Assembly: GCA_964422355.1 (NCBI GenBank)
Contig: CAYRBG010000001.1
Span: 1 to 48,550, forward strand
Reading direction: 5' to 3'
From: an uncultured Sphaerotilus sp.
Lineage (GTDB): Bacteria; Pseudomonadota; Gammaproteobacteria; Burkholderiales; Burkholderiaceae_C
DNA: 48,550 nt
In this document: positions 9,255 through 18,653 of the stretch, in pieces
How the letters are laid out: every line of letters starts with the position of its first letter
Position numbering within the stretch: position 1 is the stretch's first letter
The notes under the pieces: generated by a model
Seen by the model: the letters and a program-made list of their open reading frames with translations, nothing else
Told to the model about the DNA's origin: nothing
The model's database searches: none
Made by a program: the position numbers and the translations under genes

Positions 9255-10261
9255 GACGCCACTCCCCGGCGGCGCAGCAGCCACAGCAGGTAGACGCCTC
9301 CCAGCACCGCGGTCAGCACCCCCACAGGCAACTCCTGCGGTGCGATCAAAGTGCGCGCCAGCACGTCCGCCCCCAGGAGCAGCGCGCCCCCCATGGCCGC
9401 ACTGGCCAACAGCCGGAAACCGTGGGCCGCATGCACAAAGCGCCGCACCAGATGGGGCGCCACGAGGCCGACAAAAGCCACCAGCCCGGCCTGCGCCACC
9501 GCTGTGCCCGTGGCCAAGGCCATCAGCCCGACCAGCAGCATGCGCAGGCGCGGCAAGGCCAGGCCGAGGCTGGTGGCGCTGTCTTCACCGAGCGTCAGGG
9601 CATCGAGCACACGGGCCAAGCGCCAGGCCATGGGCAGCGTCACCGCCAGCACCACTGCCAGCACCGCACAACTGCTCCAGCCCAGAAAGCCCGTCGTCCC
9701 CAGCAGGAACATCTGCTTGCCGCGCAAGGCATCGGGCGACAGGGTCGTGATCAGGTCGTTCAAGGCCCCCAGCACCACACCGACGACCACACCGGCCAGC
9801 AGCAGGCGCGACGTGTTTTCGGCGCCGCGGGCCAAGGACAGGGTCAGGCTCACCCCCAGCAGCGCGCCGAGAAAGGCCACCGCAACCAAGCCACTGCGCG
9901 CCAGCCAATCGGCCGCGGTCAGGCTCAGACCGAAGCCGGCCAAGGTCGACGCCGCCAGCACGAGAACCACACCGAGCGACGCGCCGGCGGCGGACCCCAG
10001 CAGGTAGGGATCGGCCAGCGGATTGCGGAACAAGCCCTGGGCCAACGCCCCCGCGAGCCCAAACAGGGCCCCCACCAGCCACGCCCCCAGCGATCGGGGC
10101 GCACGGATCTCCCAGACGATGAGCTGGACGTCCGCGTCGGTCAGGTCCGCCAGACGCCAACCCTCGCTGCCGGCCAGCAAACCCGCCACGCTGCCGAAGA
10201 CGGCCACGATCAGCAACCCCCACATCAGCCGCTGACGGCGCAGGCGTTCGCGCTCGCTCAT
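9251..10261 (-). CDS. Cobalamin ABC transporter permease (BtuC/FecCD family)
   Basis: IVWEIRAPR, QGLFRNPLADPYLLG, FVGLVAPH, ELPVGVLTA. Confidence 0.9.
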   Translation of the reverse strand: MSERERLRRQRLMWGLLIVAVFGSVAGLLAGSEGWRLADLTDADVQLIVWEIRAPRSLGAWLVGALFGLAGALAQGLFRNPLADPYLLGSAAGASLGVVLVLAASTLAGFGLSLTAADWLARSGLVAVAFLGALLGVSLTLSLARGAENTSRLLLAGVVVGVVLGALNDLITTLSPDALRGKQMFLLGTTGFLGWSSCAVLAVVLAVTLPMAWRLARVLDALTLGEDSATSLGLALPRLRMLLVGLMALATGTAVAQAGLVAFVGLVAPHLVRRFVHAAHGFRLLASAAMGGALLLGADVLARTLIAPQELPVGVLTAVLGGVYLLWLLRRRGVAS

Positions 10262-10292
10262 CGTCGCACCCGGGCTCCGTGGTTCGACCGGC

Positions 10293-11222
10293 TCACGGCT
10301 GTCCCCCGGACACCGCACGCACGGCGGTCGCTGATGAGGCGGACGGCAGACGCTTCAGGCATTCGGCCAGCGCCAGCGCGGCCTCGCCCATGCGCGGACC
10401 GGGGCGGATCAACACGTCGTAGCGCGGGCCTTCAAAGCCGCAGGTCTGGTGCTCGCGCAGAGCACGCAGCGCCGACCAGCCGGGCCGCTGCGGCATGGCG
10501 TCCAGGTTGCGCTGCACGGCCATGATGAGGTCGGGCTGTGCACGCACGATGTATTCGGGATTGAGTTTGGGAAACGGCCCCATCGACGCCGGCACGATGT
10601 TGCCGATGCCCAGATGGGCCAGGATCTCTCCCACGAAAGACGAAGCGCCCGCGGCGTGCGGCGACTCGCTCACTTCAAAGTAGACCCTGCGGCCCTTGAA
10701 CACCGTCGGAGTGAGGGCCGCAGCACGCTGCAGATCCGCATCGATCTTGGATGCCAGCACCTGCGCCTGGCCCGAGCGCCCCAGCAGCGTGGCCACGGTC
10801 GTCAATGCGTGCCGGGCGCCCTTCTGATCCTTGGCTTCGAGCGCGACCACCTTCAGACCCAAGGCCTCCAGTCGGTCCAGCACGCGGGCCGACTGCGACG
10901 CGATCACCACGTCCGGCTTGAGCGCCACGACACGCTCGACCTGGGCATCTTCCAATCCACCCAGCTTGGGCAGCGCCTTGACCGACTCCGGCCAGTCGGA
11001 ATACCGGTCGGTGCCCACCAGCCGGGCGCACTCGCCCAAGGCACACACGGTTTCGGTCAGCGAGGGCAACAGGCTGACGATGCGCTGCGGCGGTTGCGGC
11101 AGGCGCACGGTCACACCGCGATCGTCCTTGACGACCACTTCGGCCCACGCCGCGGACGCCCACACCGTCGCGCACGCCGCAGCACCCAGGACCCAGCGAC
11201 GAGCGAATCGCGAAAACGCCAT
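10293..11222 (-). CDS. Cobalamin-binding periplasmic protein (BtuF-like)
   Basis: Signal peptide; PQRIVSLLPSLTETVCALG; LIRPGPRM. Confidence 0.9.
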   Translation of the reverse strand: MAFSRFARRWVLGAAACATVWASAAWAEVVVKDDRGVTVRLPQPPQRIVSLLPSLTETVCALGECARLVGTDRYSDWPESVKALPKLGGLEDAQVERVVALKPDVVIASQSARVLDRLEALGLKVVALEAKDQKGARHALTTVATLLGRSGQAQVLASKIDADLQRAAALTPTVFKGRRVYFEVSESPHAAGASSFVGEILAHLGIGNIVPASMGPFPKLNPEYIVRAQPDLIMAVQRNLDAMPQRPGWSALRALREHQTCGFEGPRYDVLIRPGPRMGEAALALAECLKRLPSASSATAVRAVSGGQP

Positions 11223-11232
11223 CACGCTTCCC

Positions 11233-11814
11233 TCACAGACCACCCGGCACAGCGAGCCGCTTCACGGGCAACTCCAGCCCCGCCACCATCATCGTCACGT
11301 TCGGGCAGCAGGCCGCCACCTGCTGGTGCAGGCGGCCGAGCTCGTCCACATAGCGGCGAGCCTCGGACGACATCGGCGCCAGGCCCAGGCCGATCTCGTT
11401 GGACACCAGCACGACCGGGCCCGGCGCCGCACGCAGCGCAGCGCCGAGTTCGGCCAAGGCGGCCAACCACTGCGCCTCGTCGGCGGCCGGCCCCTCCATC
11501 GGCATGAGCCAGCGTGTGAGCCACAGGGTCAGGCAGTCCACCAGCAGCAGCGTGTCCGGGGCAGACCGCCGCCCCACCGCACCCGCCAGATCCCGCCCGA
11601 CCTCTTCGGCCTCCAGGGCCGGCACCCGCACCGCGCGGTCGGCCTGGTGACGGCGGATGCGCTCGCGCATCTCGTCGTCACCGCCCAAGGCGGTGGCCAA
11701 CATCACGGCCCGATGGTCAGGCGCCTGCGCCAGCCACTGGGCGGCGCGCAACTCCCCGCAGCGCGACTTGCCGCTGCGTTGACCGCCGAGGATGAACTCG
11801 CTGCGAGGGTGCAT
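11233..11814 (-). CDS. cobU: Bifunctional adenosylcobinamide kinase / cobinamide-phosphate guanylyltransferase
   Basis: LGGQRSGKS, DDEMRERIRRHQ, LVDCLTLWL, VSNEIGLG, MVAGL. Confidence 0.93.
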   Translation of the reverse strand: MHPRSEFILGGQRSGKSRCGELRAAQWLAQAPDHRAVMLATALGGDDEMRERIRRHQADRAVRVPALEAEEVGRDLAGAVGRRSAPDTLLLVDCLTLWLTRWLMPMEGPAADEAQWLAALAELGAALRAAPGPVVLVSNEIGLGLAPMSSEARRYVDELGRLHQQVAACCPNVTMMVAGLELPVKRLAVPGGL

Positions 11815-11839
11815 GCCTGTGGCTCCTGCGATCCGCCGA

Positions 11840-13789
11840 TCAGATCGGCGTCCAGCGCACGCCGACGTAGACCTGACGAGGCTGCGTCGTGTAGTACTGC
11901 GCCGTCTCGTAGGCCTGGTTGAACACGTTGTCCACGCGAGATTCCAGGCGCCATTCCTTGGCGAAGCGCCACACCGCGTCGAGGTTCAGCACGGTGTAGC
12001 CGGCCAGGCGCCCAGTCTCGGCATTGCTGGCCGCGTCGTAGCGCTTGCCGGAAGCCAGCACCTGTGCGCCCACGGTCCACGCCCCCAGATCGGTGTCCGC
12101 CTTCAGGCTGGCGTGACGACGGGCGCGACGGGCCAGCAGGTTGCCGGTGTCGGCATTGCGCGGCGACAGCATGTCCACGCTGCCCGACAGGCGGACAGGG
12201 CCGATCTCGGTGCGGCCATCCAACGTCACGCCCTGCAGGCGGGCCACGCCCACGTTGTCGTAGCAGCCGAGCGTCGATGCGCACGAGCCCGCGGCGCCGA
12301 ACACGATGAGGTTGCGCACGCGGTTACGGTAGACCGTCAGACCGGCCTCGCTCACCCCGCTGCGCCAGTTCAGGCCCGCCTCCACGTTGAAGCCGGCCTC
12401 GGGCTTGAGCGAGGCCTTGCCGTACTGGCTGAAGCGGTGGTACAGCGTCGGCGCCCGGAACGAGTTGCTGGCCGACGCGCGCACACGCCATCCCGGCACA
12501 AACTCGAAAGCGGCGCCGAGCAAACCCGTGTCGTGACTGCCGAACTCGCTGTCCCGGTCGTGGCGCAAGTGGGCCTGGACCGCCCAGGGACCGTGGTTCC
12601 ACTGGTCGCCCACACCGATCGCGTTCTGCGACCGATCACCCGCTCCCCCCGCAATGCTGGAGTTATCGAGATGGTCCTCGCGGCGCTCCAGGGTGGCATT
12701 GAGGGTGTGCTCACCCAGGGTGTAGGTGTTCAGCCAAGTGGCGGTGCGCAGACGCGTGCGGGTGTCGTACACCGACGGACGGGTCTTGTACTGATCCACG
12801 CTCTGCCCCAAGGTGAGCTGGCTGCGCCAGTCCGGGGTCCACTGCGCGATCCAGTTGGCATGGGCCGCGGACGTGTTGTGGAACGCGTGATGGTCCTGGG
12901 TCTTGGGAAAGCCGTCGTACTGCGTGTTGGAGTGCTGCCCCGTCACACCGGCCTCCAGGCGCTGCGTGGACGTAAGCTGCCAGCCCAAGCGGGCCGAACC
13001 CCCGCGGCTCACATGGCCGTCGTCGTCCGGGTTGTAATTGGAGCTGACGGGGTTGTGGATCGTGCTGAATCCGCCGGAGCGCTCGCCGCCCACGCCCAGG
13101 GCATAGTCGAATTCGCCGTTGCCGCCGCTCAGGCGCGCCTCCGCCCGACGCAGGTTGTTCGAACCCAGACCGGCCGCCACGCTGGCCGAAGTGCCCTTCT
13201 GGCCCTTGCGGGTGAAGATCTGCACCACGCCGGCCACAGCGTCGGAGCCATAAATGGCACCGGCACCACCGCGCACCACCTCGACACGCTCCACGTCGAA
13301 CAGGGGAATCGCTTCCCAAGCGGCGCCACCGGTGGACTGGGAGTCCATGCGCACGCCGTCCACCAGGACGGCCATGAAGCGGCTCTCCGCGCCCCGCACA
13401 AAACACGAGGTCGTGCCGGTCGGGCCGCCATTGCGGGAAATCTCCAGGCCGGCCGCCGTGCGCAGCAGGTCGGCCACGCTACCGGACGAGCGGCGCTCGA
13501 TCTCGTCACGACCAAACACCGTCACATCGGCGATCGCCTTGCTGACGCGCTGCGGCGTGCGGGTGGCGGTGATGATCACCGGATCGAGGGCTTCGGCCTG
13601 GGTGGCCGCGGAGACCTTGCCGTCAGCAGCCGACTGCGCCAGCGCAGGCACGGCAACCATCGAGGACCAAGCCATGCAGGCCAGCGCCAACGGACGCAGA
13701 CGCATCGAACGCACGGGCAAAGAAGAAACACCAGCCGCACGCGCGGCAGACAAGATCGGACGCACGCGGCGCCGTTGTGGGGAGGTCAT
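11840..13789 (-). CDS. btuB: TonB-dependent cobalamin receptor
   Basis: TonB box (DPVIITATR), plug motifs VLVDGVR and VEVVRG..YGSDAVAGVVQIFT, beta-barrel C-terminus; directly under a cobalamin riboswitch; start may be 13705. Confidence 0.9.
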   Translation of the reverse strand: MTSPQRRRVRPILSAARAAGVSSLPVRSMRLRPLALACMAWSSMVAVPALAQSAADGKVSAATQAEALDPVIITATRTPQRVSKAIADVTVFGRDEIERRSSGSVADLLRTAAGLEISRNGGPTGTTSCFVRGAESRFMAVLVDGVRMDSQSTGGAAWEAIPLFDVERVEVVRGGAGAIYGSDAVAGVVQIFTRKGQKGTSASVAAGLGSNNLRRAEARLSGGNGEFDYALGVGGERSGGFSTIHNPVSSNYNPDDDGHVSRGGSARLGWQLTSTQRLEAGVTGQHSNTQYDGFPKTQDHHAFHNTSAAHANWIAQWTPDWRSQLTLGQSVDQYKTRPSVYDTRTRLRTATWLNTYTLGEHTLNATLERREDHLDNSSIAGGAGDRSQNAIGVGDQWNHGPWAVQAHLRHDRDSEFGSHDTGLLGAAFEFVPGWRVRASASNSFRAPTLYHRFSQYGKASLKPEAGFNVEAGLNWRSGVSEAGLTVYRNRVRNLIVFGAAGSCASTLGCYDNVGVARLQGVTLDGRTEIGPVRLSGSVDMLSPRNADTGNLLARRARRHASLKADTDLGAWTVGAQVLASGKRYDAASNAETGRLAGYTVLNLDAVWRFAKEWRLESRVDNVFNQAYETAQYYTTQPRQVYVGVRWTPI

Positions 13790-13867
13790 GGAAACAATAG
13801 AAGATGAACCCAGGCACCGGCTTCCCCGCCAGGACCTGCATCATGGCGACCGGTGAAGGTCGCCCCC

Positions 13868-14087
13868 TGTTGGCCGGTATCCGGGCTGGCGAAACAACCG
13901 ATGCGACCTTCCCGGCGACGAATCACCAGTGGCATGCGCACATCAGCGGGCGGCGTCCAAACTGCATGGACGCGACCGTTCGCTTACCGTTGCGGGGGCA
14001 GCTCAGGTTGGCCTGTGGACCGAGCGGTCAAGGCTTCCTGCTTCCCGTTTAACCGTGCGACCGTGAAGGCCGGCACGAGCACCAACA
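13868..14087 (-). ncRNA. Cobalamin riboswitch
   Basis: Minus strand shows GGTTAAACGGGAAGCAGG...CTGCCCCCGCAACGGTAA...GCCACTGG...GGGAAGG...AGCCCGGATACCGGCC (B12 box); P1 TGTTGGT/GCCAACA; upstream of btuB. Confidence 0.93.
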
Positions 14088-14092
14088 CCGCC

Positions 14093-14126
14093 ATTGTAAC
14101 GACCCACCTGAGCCGAACCCTACAAT
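14093..14126. promoter_or_regulatory. Back-to-back divergent sigma70 -10 boxes (TACAAT on each strand)
   Basis: TACAAT on minus at 14098-14093 just before the riboswitch and on plus at 14121-14126 before the zapB-like gene. Confidence 0.5.
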
Positions 14127-14175
14127 GTCACGGATTCGGGACATTTGCTCCCATCCTCGGCCCCACACACGCGCC

Positions 14176-14430
14176 ATGTCCACACTCGAAGACCTTGCCG
14201 ACCGTGTCGAGCGCCTGCTCATGCGCCACGACGAACTCAAGCGGACCAACGCGCTGCTGGAGCAACAACTGTCGGCCGTCTCGGCCGAACGGGACAACCT
14301 CAAGTCGCGCCTGTCGGCCGCCCGCCAGCGCATCGACGCGCTGATCGAGCGCCTGCCGCCCAGCGACGAACGACTGTCCAGTCATGAACCGGAAGGCGGT
14401 CCGTCCGGCCTGTCCGGGGGAGGCGTCTGA
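14176..14430 (+). CDS. ZapB-like / DUF904 coiled-coil cell-division protein
   Basis: Coiled coil LEDLADRVERLL...ERDNLKSRLSAARQRIDALIERLP; directly upstream of zapA. Confidence 0.8.
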   Translation: MSTLEDLADRVERLLMRHDELKRTNALLEQQLSAVSAERDNLKSRLSAARQRIDALIERLPPSDERLSSHEPEGGPSGLSGGGV

Positions 14431-14432
14431 AC

Positions 14433-14780
14433 ATGAAGCAGATGGAAGTGACCATCATGGGCCAGAGCTACATCCTGGCCTGCCCCGAAGGCGGTGAGAA
14501 CACGCTGCTGCTGGCCGTCGACAGCGTCGATCGAGAGATGTGCGCCATCCGCGACGCCGGCAGGGTCAAGGCCCGCGAACGCATCGCCGTGCTGGCCGCG
14601 CTCAATCTGGCCTATGCGCTGGCCGAGCGCCCCGTCCCGCCCGCCGCCCCCGCAGTGGAAGCCGGCAGCCCCACCGACGTCAACGGCGAGGACTGGAATT
14701 CGGCCGCCTCCAAGGTCGATGTACCGGGCCTGATCGCGCGCCTGGACACCGCGCTGGGCGGTGACGGGCAGCTTTTGTAA
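14433..14780 (+). CDS. zapA: Cell division protein ZapA
   Basis: VTIMGQSYILACP, ERIAVLAALNLA. Confidence 0.9.
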   Translation: MKQMEVTIMGQSYILACPEGGENTLLLAVDSVDREMCAIRDAGRVKARERIAVLAALNLAYALAERPVPPAAPAVEAGSPTDVNGEDWNSAASKVDVPGLIARLDTALGGDGQLL

Positions 14781-14830
14781 CTCTCGTTTGGGCTTGCGCG
14801 CAAAGGCGAACGCGGCCCTAGAATGAATGC

Positions 14831-15005
14831 GTCCACCGAGTCTGCGGGGGTTTTATATTTCCTTGAACCGATGCTCTCGCGAGCCTGGGCTTGGAAAATA
14901 CCCGGTAGGTGCGATCGTCTCGCGTCAGACGAACCCGAAGCCGGGCTGACCTCGCCCCCCTGAATCCCCTGGGTTCAGGAATGCGGCCCTCGGTTCACGG
15001 TGGAC
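14831..15005 (+). ncRNA. ssrS: 6S RNA
   Basis: Downstream of zapA; ends pair (GTCCACCG/CGGTGGAC); CCTTGAACC and GGTTCAGG conserved boxes; TAGAAT -10 at 14819-14824. Confidence 0.85.
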
Positions 15006-15055
15006 ACCCTCACCCCTGCTCGCGGCCTCTTCGGCCAGCTCCCCGACTTCCAACC

Positions 15056-15868
15056 ATGATCGATCTCCCGCTCGTCCTGGAGCTGCTCGCGCTTGGCTGC
15101 ATGACCGGCTTCATGGCCGGCCTGCTGGGCATCGGCGGCGGCATGGTGCTGGTGCCCTTCATCACGCACTTTCTGGTTCAGCGGGGCATCGAACCCGGCT
15201 TGGCGGTGAAGATGGGCATCGCCACCTCGATGTCGACCATCCTGTTCACGTCCATCTCCAGTGTGCGGGCCCACCACAAGCGGGGTGCCGTGCGCTGGGA
15301 CTTGGTGCGCAAGCTGGTGCCGGGCATCGTGCTCGGCGGTCTGCTGTCCGGAGCCGGGGCATTTGCCTCCCTCAAGGGCAGTGCCTTGGGGTTGCTGTTT
15401 GCAGGCTTTGTCGGGTTCTCGGCCACGCAGATGCTGCTGGACCGCAAGCCCAAACCCACCCGCCAGATGCCCGGCCCGATGGGCAGCCTGGGTGCCGGGG
15501 GCCTCATCGGCTTCGTGGCCGGTCTGGTCGGCGCGGGCGGCGGCTTCATCTCCGTGCCGTTCATGACGTGGTGCAACGTCGTCGTCCATCAGGCCGTAGC
15601 CACCTCGGCCGCACTGGGATTTCCGATTGCGCTGGCCAACGTGGTGGGCTATGTCATTGGCGGCTGGCACCTGCACACGGGCGTGCCCGGAACCTTGGGC
15701 TTCCTGTGGATTCCCGGCACCCTGATCGTCGCCTGCGTCAGCGTGCTGACCGCCCCCTTGGGCGCCAAGGCCGCCCATGCCATGGACACCAAACGCCTCA
15801 AGCGTGTATTTGCGTTTGTGCTTTATGGTCTGGCAGGCTACATGCTCTGGCGTGCCCTGACCGCCTGA
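15056..15868 (+). CDS. Sulfite exporter TauE/SafE family protein
   Basis: AGLLGIGGGMVLVP and GLVGAGGGFISVP repeats; multiple TM helices. Confidence 0.9.
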   Translation: MIDLPLVLELLALGCMTGFMAGLLGIGGGMVLVPFITHFLVQRGIEPGLAVKMGIATSMSTILFTSISSVRAHHKRGAVRWDLVRKLVPGIVLGGLLSGAGAFASLKGSALGLLFAGFVGFSATQMLLDRKPKPTRQMPGPMGSLGAGGLIGFVAGLVGAGGGFISVPFMTWCNVVVHQAVATSAALGFPIALANVVGYVIGGWHLHTGVPGTLGFLWIPGTLIVACVSVLTAPLGAKAAHAMDTKRLKRVFAFVLYGLAGYMLWRALTA

Positions 15869-15957
15869 ACGCCCGCAAGAACAACTCAAGGGCTGGCGGC
15901 CGCCCCTTTGCCCCGGCCTGCTTCAGGGCCGTTCGACACCCATACGCCGGGTCCGTG

Positions 15958-16935
15958 TCAGAGGGGGCAGTCGGCGAGACTGACGGTTGCCGCCGCCACG
16001 CGGTTGCCACCGACGGTGCGCGCCTGGTTGAGCGCTCGGATGGCCACTTGGCTGAGCTCCTCCAGCGACTGGGCATTGTGGGGAAAGGAAGCCACCCCCA
16101 CCGTCACCTCAAAGCCGAAGGACTGTCCGTCCTGCACGACCACATGGGCCGCGCAGGCACGCCGCAGGTGTTCGGCCCGGGAAAAGCCGATCGCCAAGCC
16201 GACACCCGACAGCAGCACGGCGTAGCGGTCATCGGCCAGCTGGGCCAGCACATCCATGGCACGCGTGCCGCTGCGCAGGATCTGCGCCATGGCATCGCTG
16301 ACCCGCGACACGGCCACAGGACCAAAGCGGTCCCGCACCACCTCCAGCCGATCCACCGCCACCAGCAACAACGCGAACTCGCGCTGCTCGCGCTGCGACA
16401 GGGCGACCTCACGGCGCAGGTGCTCCTCGAAATGCTCGCGCCGGAACAGGTCGACCGGGCGGTCTCCGCCCTTCGTCAGCTCCTTGCGCAGTTGTTCGTA
16501 ATCGACCTGATGGCGCTCGATCTGAGCCAGCGCCCTCTGCAGCTGATCGGCATTGCGGCGCCGCTCGGTCGCATCGGTCCAGATCGTGAGCAGGCGTGCC
16601 TTCTGGTCCGATGAGGGAGCCAGCAGCATGCGGTGGGCACGCACGTCGACCGTGCGGCCTGAGCGGTCAAAACGGTGCTCGCCCGCAACGACCGATTGCC
16701 CGGCCGTCACGGCCCGCAGATCGCCCGCCTTCACGCACTGCGCATCGGCAGCGGGCAGCATCTGTGCGTCCGTCCGCCCCGACAAGGCGGCCACGCCCTC
16801 CGCGCCCAGAAAGGCCAGCATCGGCCCGTTGGCCCACTCATACGTTCCGGTCTGCACTTCCTTGACCGACAGCATGATCCCCTCGGACTCGCACCAAGCC
16901 AGCAGTCCGCCGATGATCTCCGTTGTTTCCGTCAC
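15958..16935 (-). CDS. PAS-like + degenerate GGDEF domain protein
   Basis: GGDEF fold landmarks (VTVGVASFP, A..GGNRV) but signature reads ADDRY; RxxD I-site (RAMD) present. Confidence 0.8.
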   Translation of the reverse strand: MTETTEIIGGLLAWCESEGIMLSVKEVQTGTYEWANGPMLAFLGAEGVAALSGRTDAQMLPAADAQCVKAGDLRAVTAGQSVVAGEHRFDRSGRTVDVRAHRMLLAPSSDQKARLLTIWTDATERRRNADQLQRALAQIERHQVDYEQLRKELTKGGDRPVDLFRREHFEEHLRREVALSQREQREFALLLVAVDRLEVVRDRFGPVAVSRVSDAMAQILRSGTRAMDVLAQLADDRYAVLLSGVGLAIGFSRAEHLRRACAAHVVVQDGQSFGFEVTVGVASFPHNAQSLEELSQVAIRALNQARTVGGNRVAAATVSLADCPL

Positions 16936-17025
16936 TGTGTGCAGTCCATCAGGCTGAGTCAGGGGCCGGATGATACGCAGCCCGATCGCACCAAGGGGCC
17001 ACCCGGCTGGTATCCATATGTGAAA

Positions 17026-18324
17026 TCAGCCCATCAGAAGCTGCATGCTGCGCTCGTACTCGCTGGTGAGTCGCTCGAACTGCGCCAGCAGCTCTTCGCT
17101 GGCCGCCGCAAGCGCCAGTCGCCCCTGGTTGGTCTGATTGGCCGTGACCCCCTGCAGCATGCGCTGCCAGGATCCCTCCACACCGGCCAGCTCCGCCTGG
17201 ATGGTCGGCGTGCTCAGGGGCAGATCGCGCAGGAATCGCAAGGACGTCTCGAAGGACTCGACCGTGGAACCCTGATCGGTCGCACCCCCGACTTCCGCCT
17301 CCTCGGCACGCCCCGCCGGCGCCAAGCCCTGCAACAGCACCTGCTTGGCCAGGCGTTGGGTGAGCATGCGCTGACGGCCCGACACATTGATGACCTCCAA
17401 CGTGGTCACCGGCCCGGTGCTCGCCAAGGCTTTGGTCAGGCGCTCGGCCTGAGCCAGCAGATCCTCGCCATGGCGGTCGATGTGGGAGAGCTGCGCTGCA
17501 GAAATGGGCGCATCCAGCAAAGCCCGCAGCCCGCTCCAGGTGGAAGACACCGCCGACAGCAGATCGCCAAACGTCGGGCGCGACAGGCTGCGGTCCAAGT
17601 GCTGCAGGATCTGCTCGACCTGCTGACGCGAATCGGCCAGCAGCGCCCTGGAGCCCGCCACCTCCACCTGCGCCACCAGCAGCGCATACAGCTTGACGAT
17701 GCGTTGCGACAGCATGCGCAGGCGGCCCGCGCGGTTGATCGCCTCGGCATAGTGCGCCGCATCGATGACCTGCTGCGACACCTGTCCCAGCCTCATCTTG
17801 CTGTGCATGGATGCCGAGCGCAGCAGACGGAAGGCCTCGTCTTCGCTGACGTGGCGCGAAGTCATAAGAATGCCCTTGGCACGGTCCACCAGCTTGCGCT
17901 CGTTGTAGCGCTGGTTGATTTCCAGCAACTCGGTGCGCAGCGCGGTTTCAACGCGCCAACGGGCCTGCGCCAACTGCAGCAACGGCCGCAACCGCTCCGG
18001 GGCATAACCATTGACGACCCAGCCGTGTATGCCGCTCTTCAGCGCCTGCTCCATCGGCTCGACCCGCACATCGCTGGTGAACATCAACACCGGCCGGGGC
18101 GCCGCCGAAGCCAGCAGGGAGGTGGCCTCAAACAGCTCGGGACCCGGCAAAGGCTCCCAGACCACGACCGCATCTGGTGCATGACGCACCGCCTCGCGCA
18201 CCAAAACATGGCATTCGCAGTGCCCGAGCACATGGAATCCCGCCGACTGCAGGTCCACCGCAAGTTCAGGCATGGAGGGAACAGCCGTGGTGGCCAGAAG
18301 AATCTTGGTGATCACGTCGCTCAA
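17026..18324 (-). CDS. Pseudo-receiver + ANTAR + two NarX/PilJ-type sensor repeats (NasT-like nitrate antiterminator)
   Basis: ANTAR ERKLVDRAKGILM...SEDEAFRLLR; two P-box-like motifs AINRAGRLRMLSQR and VINVSGRQRMLTQR. Confidence 0.85.
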   Translation of the reverse strand: MSDVITKILLATTAVPSMPELAVDLQSAGFHVLGHCECHVLVREAVRHAPDAVVVWEPLPGPELFEATSLLASAAPRPVLMFTSDVRVEPMEQALKSGIHGWVVNGYAPERLRPLLQLAQARWRVETALRTELLEINQRYNERKLVDRAKGILMTSRHVSEDEAFRLLRSASMHSKMRLGQVSQQVIDAAHYAEAINRAGRLRMLSQRIVKLYALLVAQVEVAGSRALLADSRQQVEQILQHLDRSLSRPTFGDLLSAVSSTWSGLRALLDAPISAAQLSHIDRHGEDLLAQAERLTKALASTGPVTTLEVINVSGRQRMLTQRLAKQVLLQGLAPAGRAEEAEVGGATDQGSTVESFETSLRFLRDLPLSTPTIQAELAGVEGSWQRMLQGVTANQTNQGRLALAAASEELLAQFERLTSEYERSMQLLMG

Positions 18325-18387
18325 CCGGGAAAGGGGTCAGTTTGAACCGGTCCGCAAGGCCCGGCCGCCAGAGACATACAAACACCA

Positions 18388-18445
18388 TGCCACGCTTCGG
18401 TGCACCATGAACTCGCACAGTGCCCACATCCCCAAGATGGGGTTC
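18388..18445. promoter_or_regulatory. Candidate NtrC-type enhancer sites
   Basis: TGCCACGCTTCGGTGCA (18388-18404) and CCCCAAGATGGGG resemble TGCACC-N5-GGTGCA, upstream of the sigma54 promoter. Confidence 0.4.
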
Positions 18446-18485
18446 ATTCATCCATGCACACGGTACACGGAGGCGACAGCCCCAC

Positions 18486-18501
18486 TGGCACGTGCCTTGC
18501 A
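18486..18501 (+). promoter_or_regulatory. Sigma54 (-24/-12) promoter of the nitrate assimilation operon
   Basis: TGGCAC-GTGCC-TTGCA, exact consensus spacing. Confidence 0.8.
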
Positions 18502-18653
18502 ACCAACCGTGCAAGAAGCCACGAAGCAGCGGCTTCGGCCGGTTGAACAGCACCGCCGGTCATGTGCACGTTGATGTGTGCAGCCATGTGCGTCTTCCGA
18601 TGATCGGATCGATCGTCGGCATCTGCCCGCCAGATGAACGACACATGCGCCCC

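Noticed and set aside
1738-13807. Long plus-strand ORFs (1738-3840, 3392-5413, 5958-8882, 11792-13807)
   Set aside because: Antisense shadows of the GC-rich cob/btu genes; no recognisable motifs
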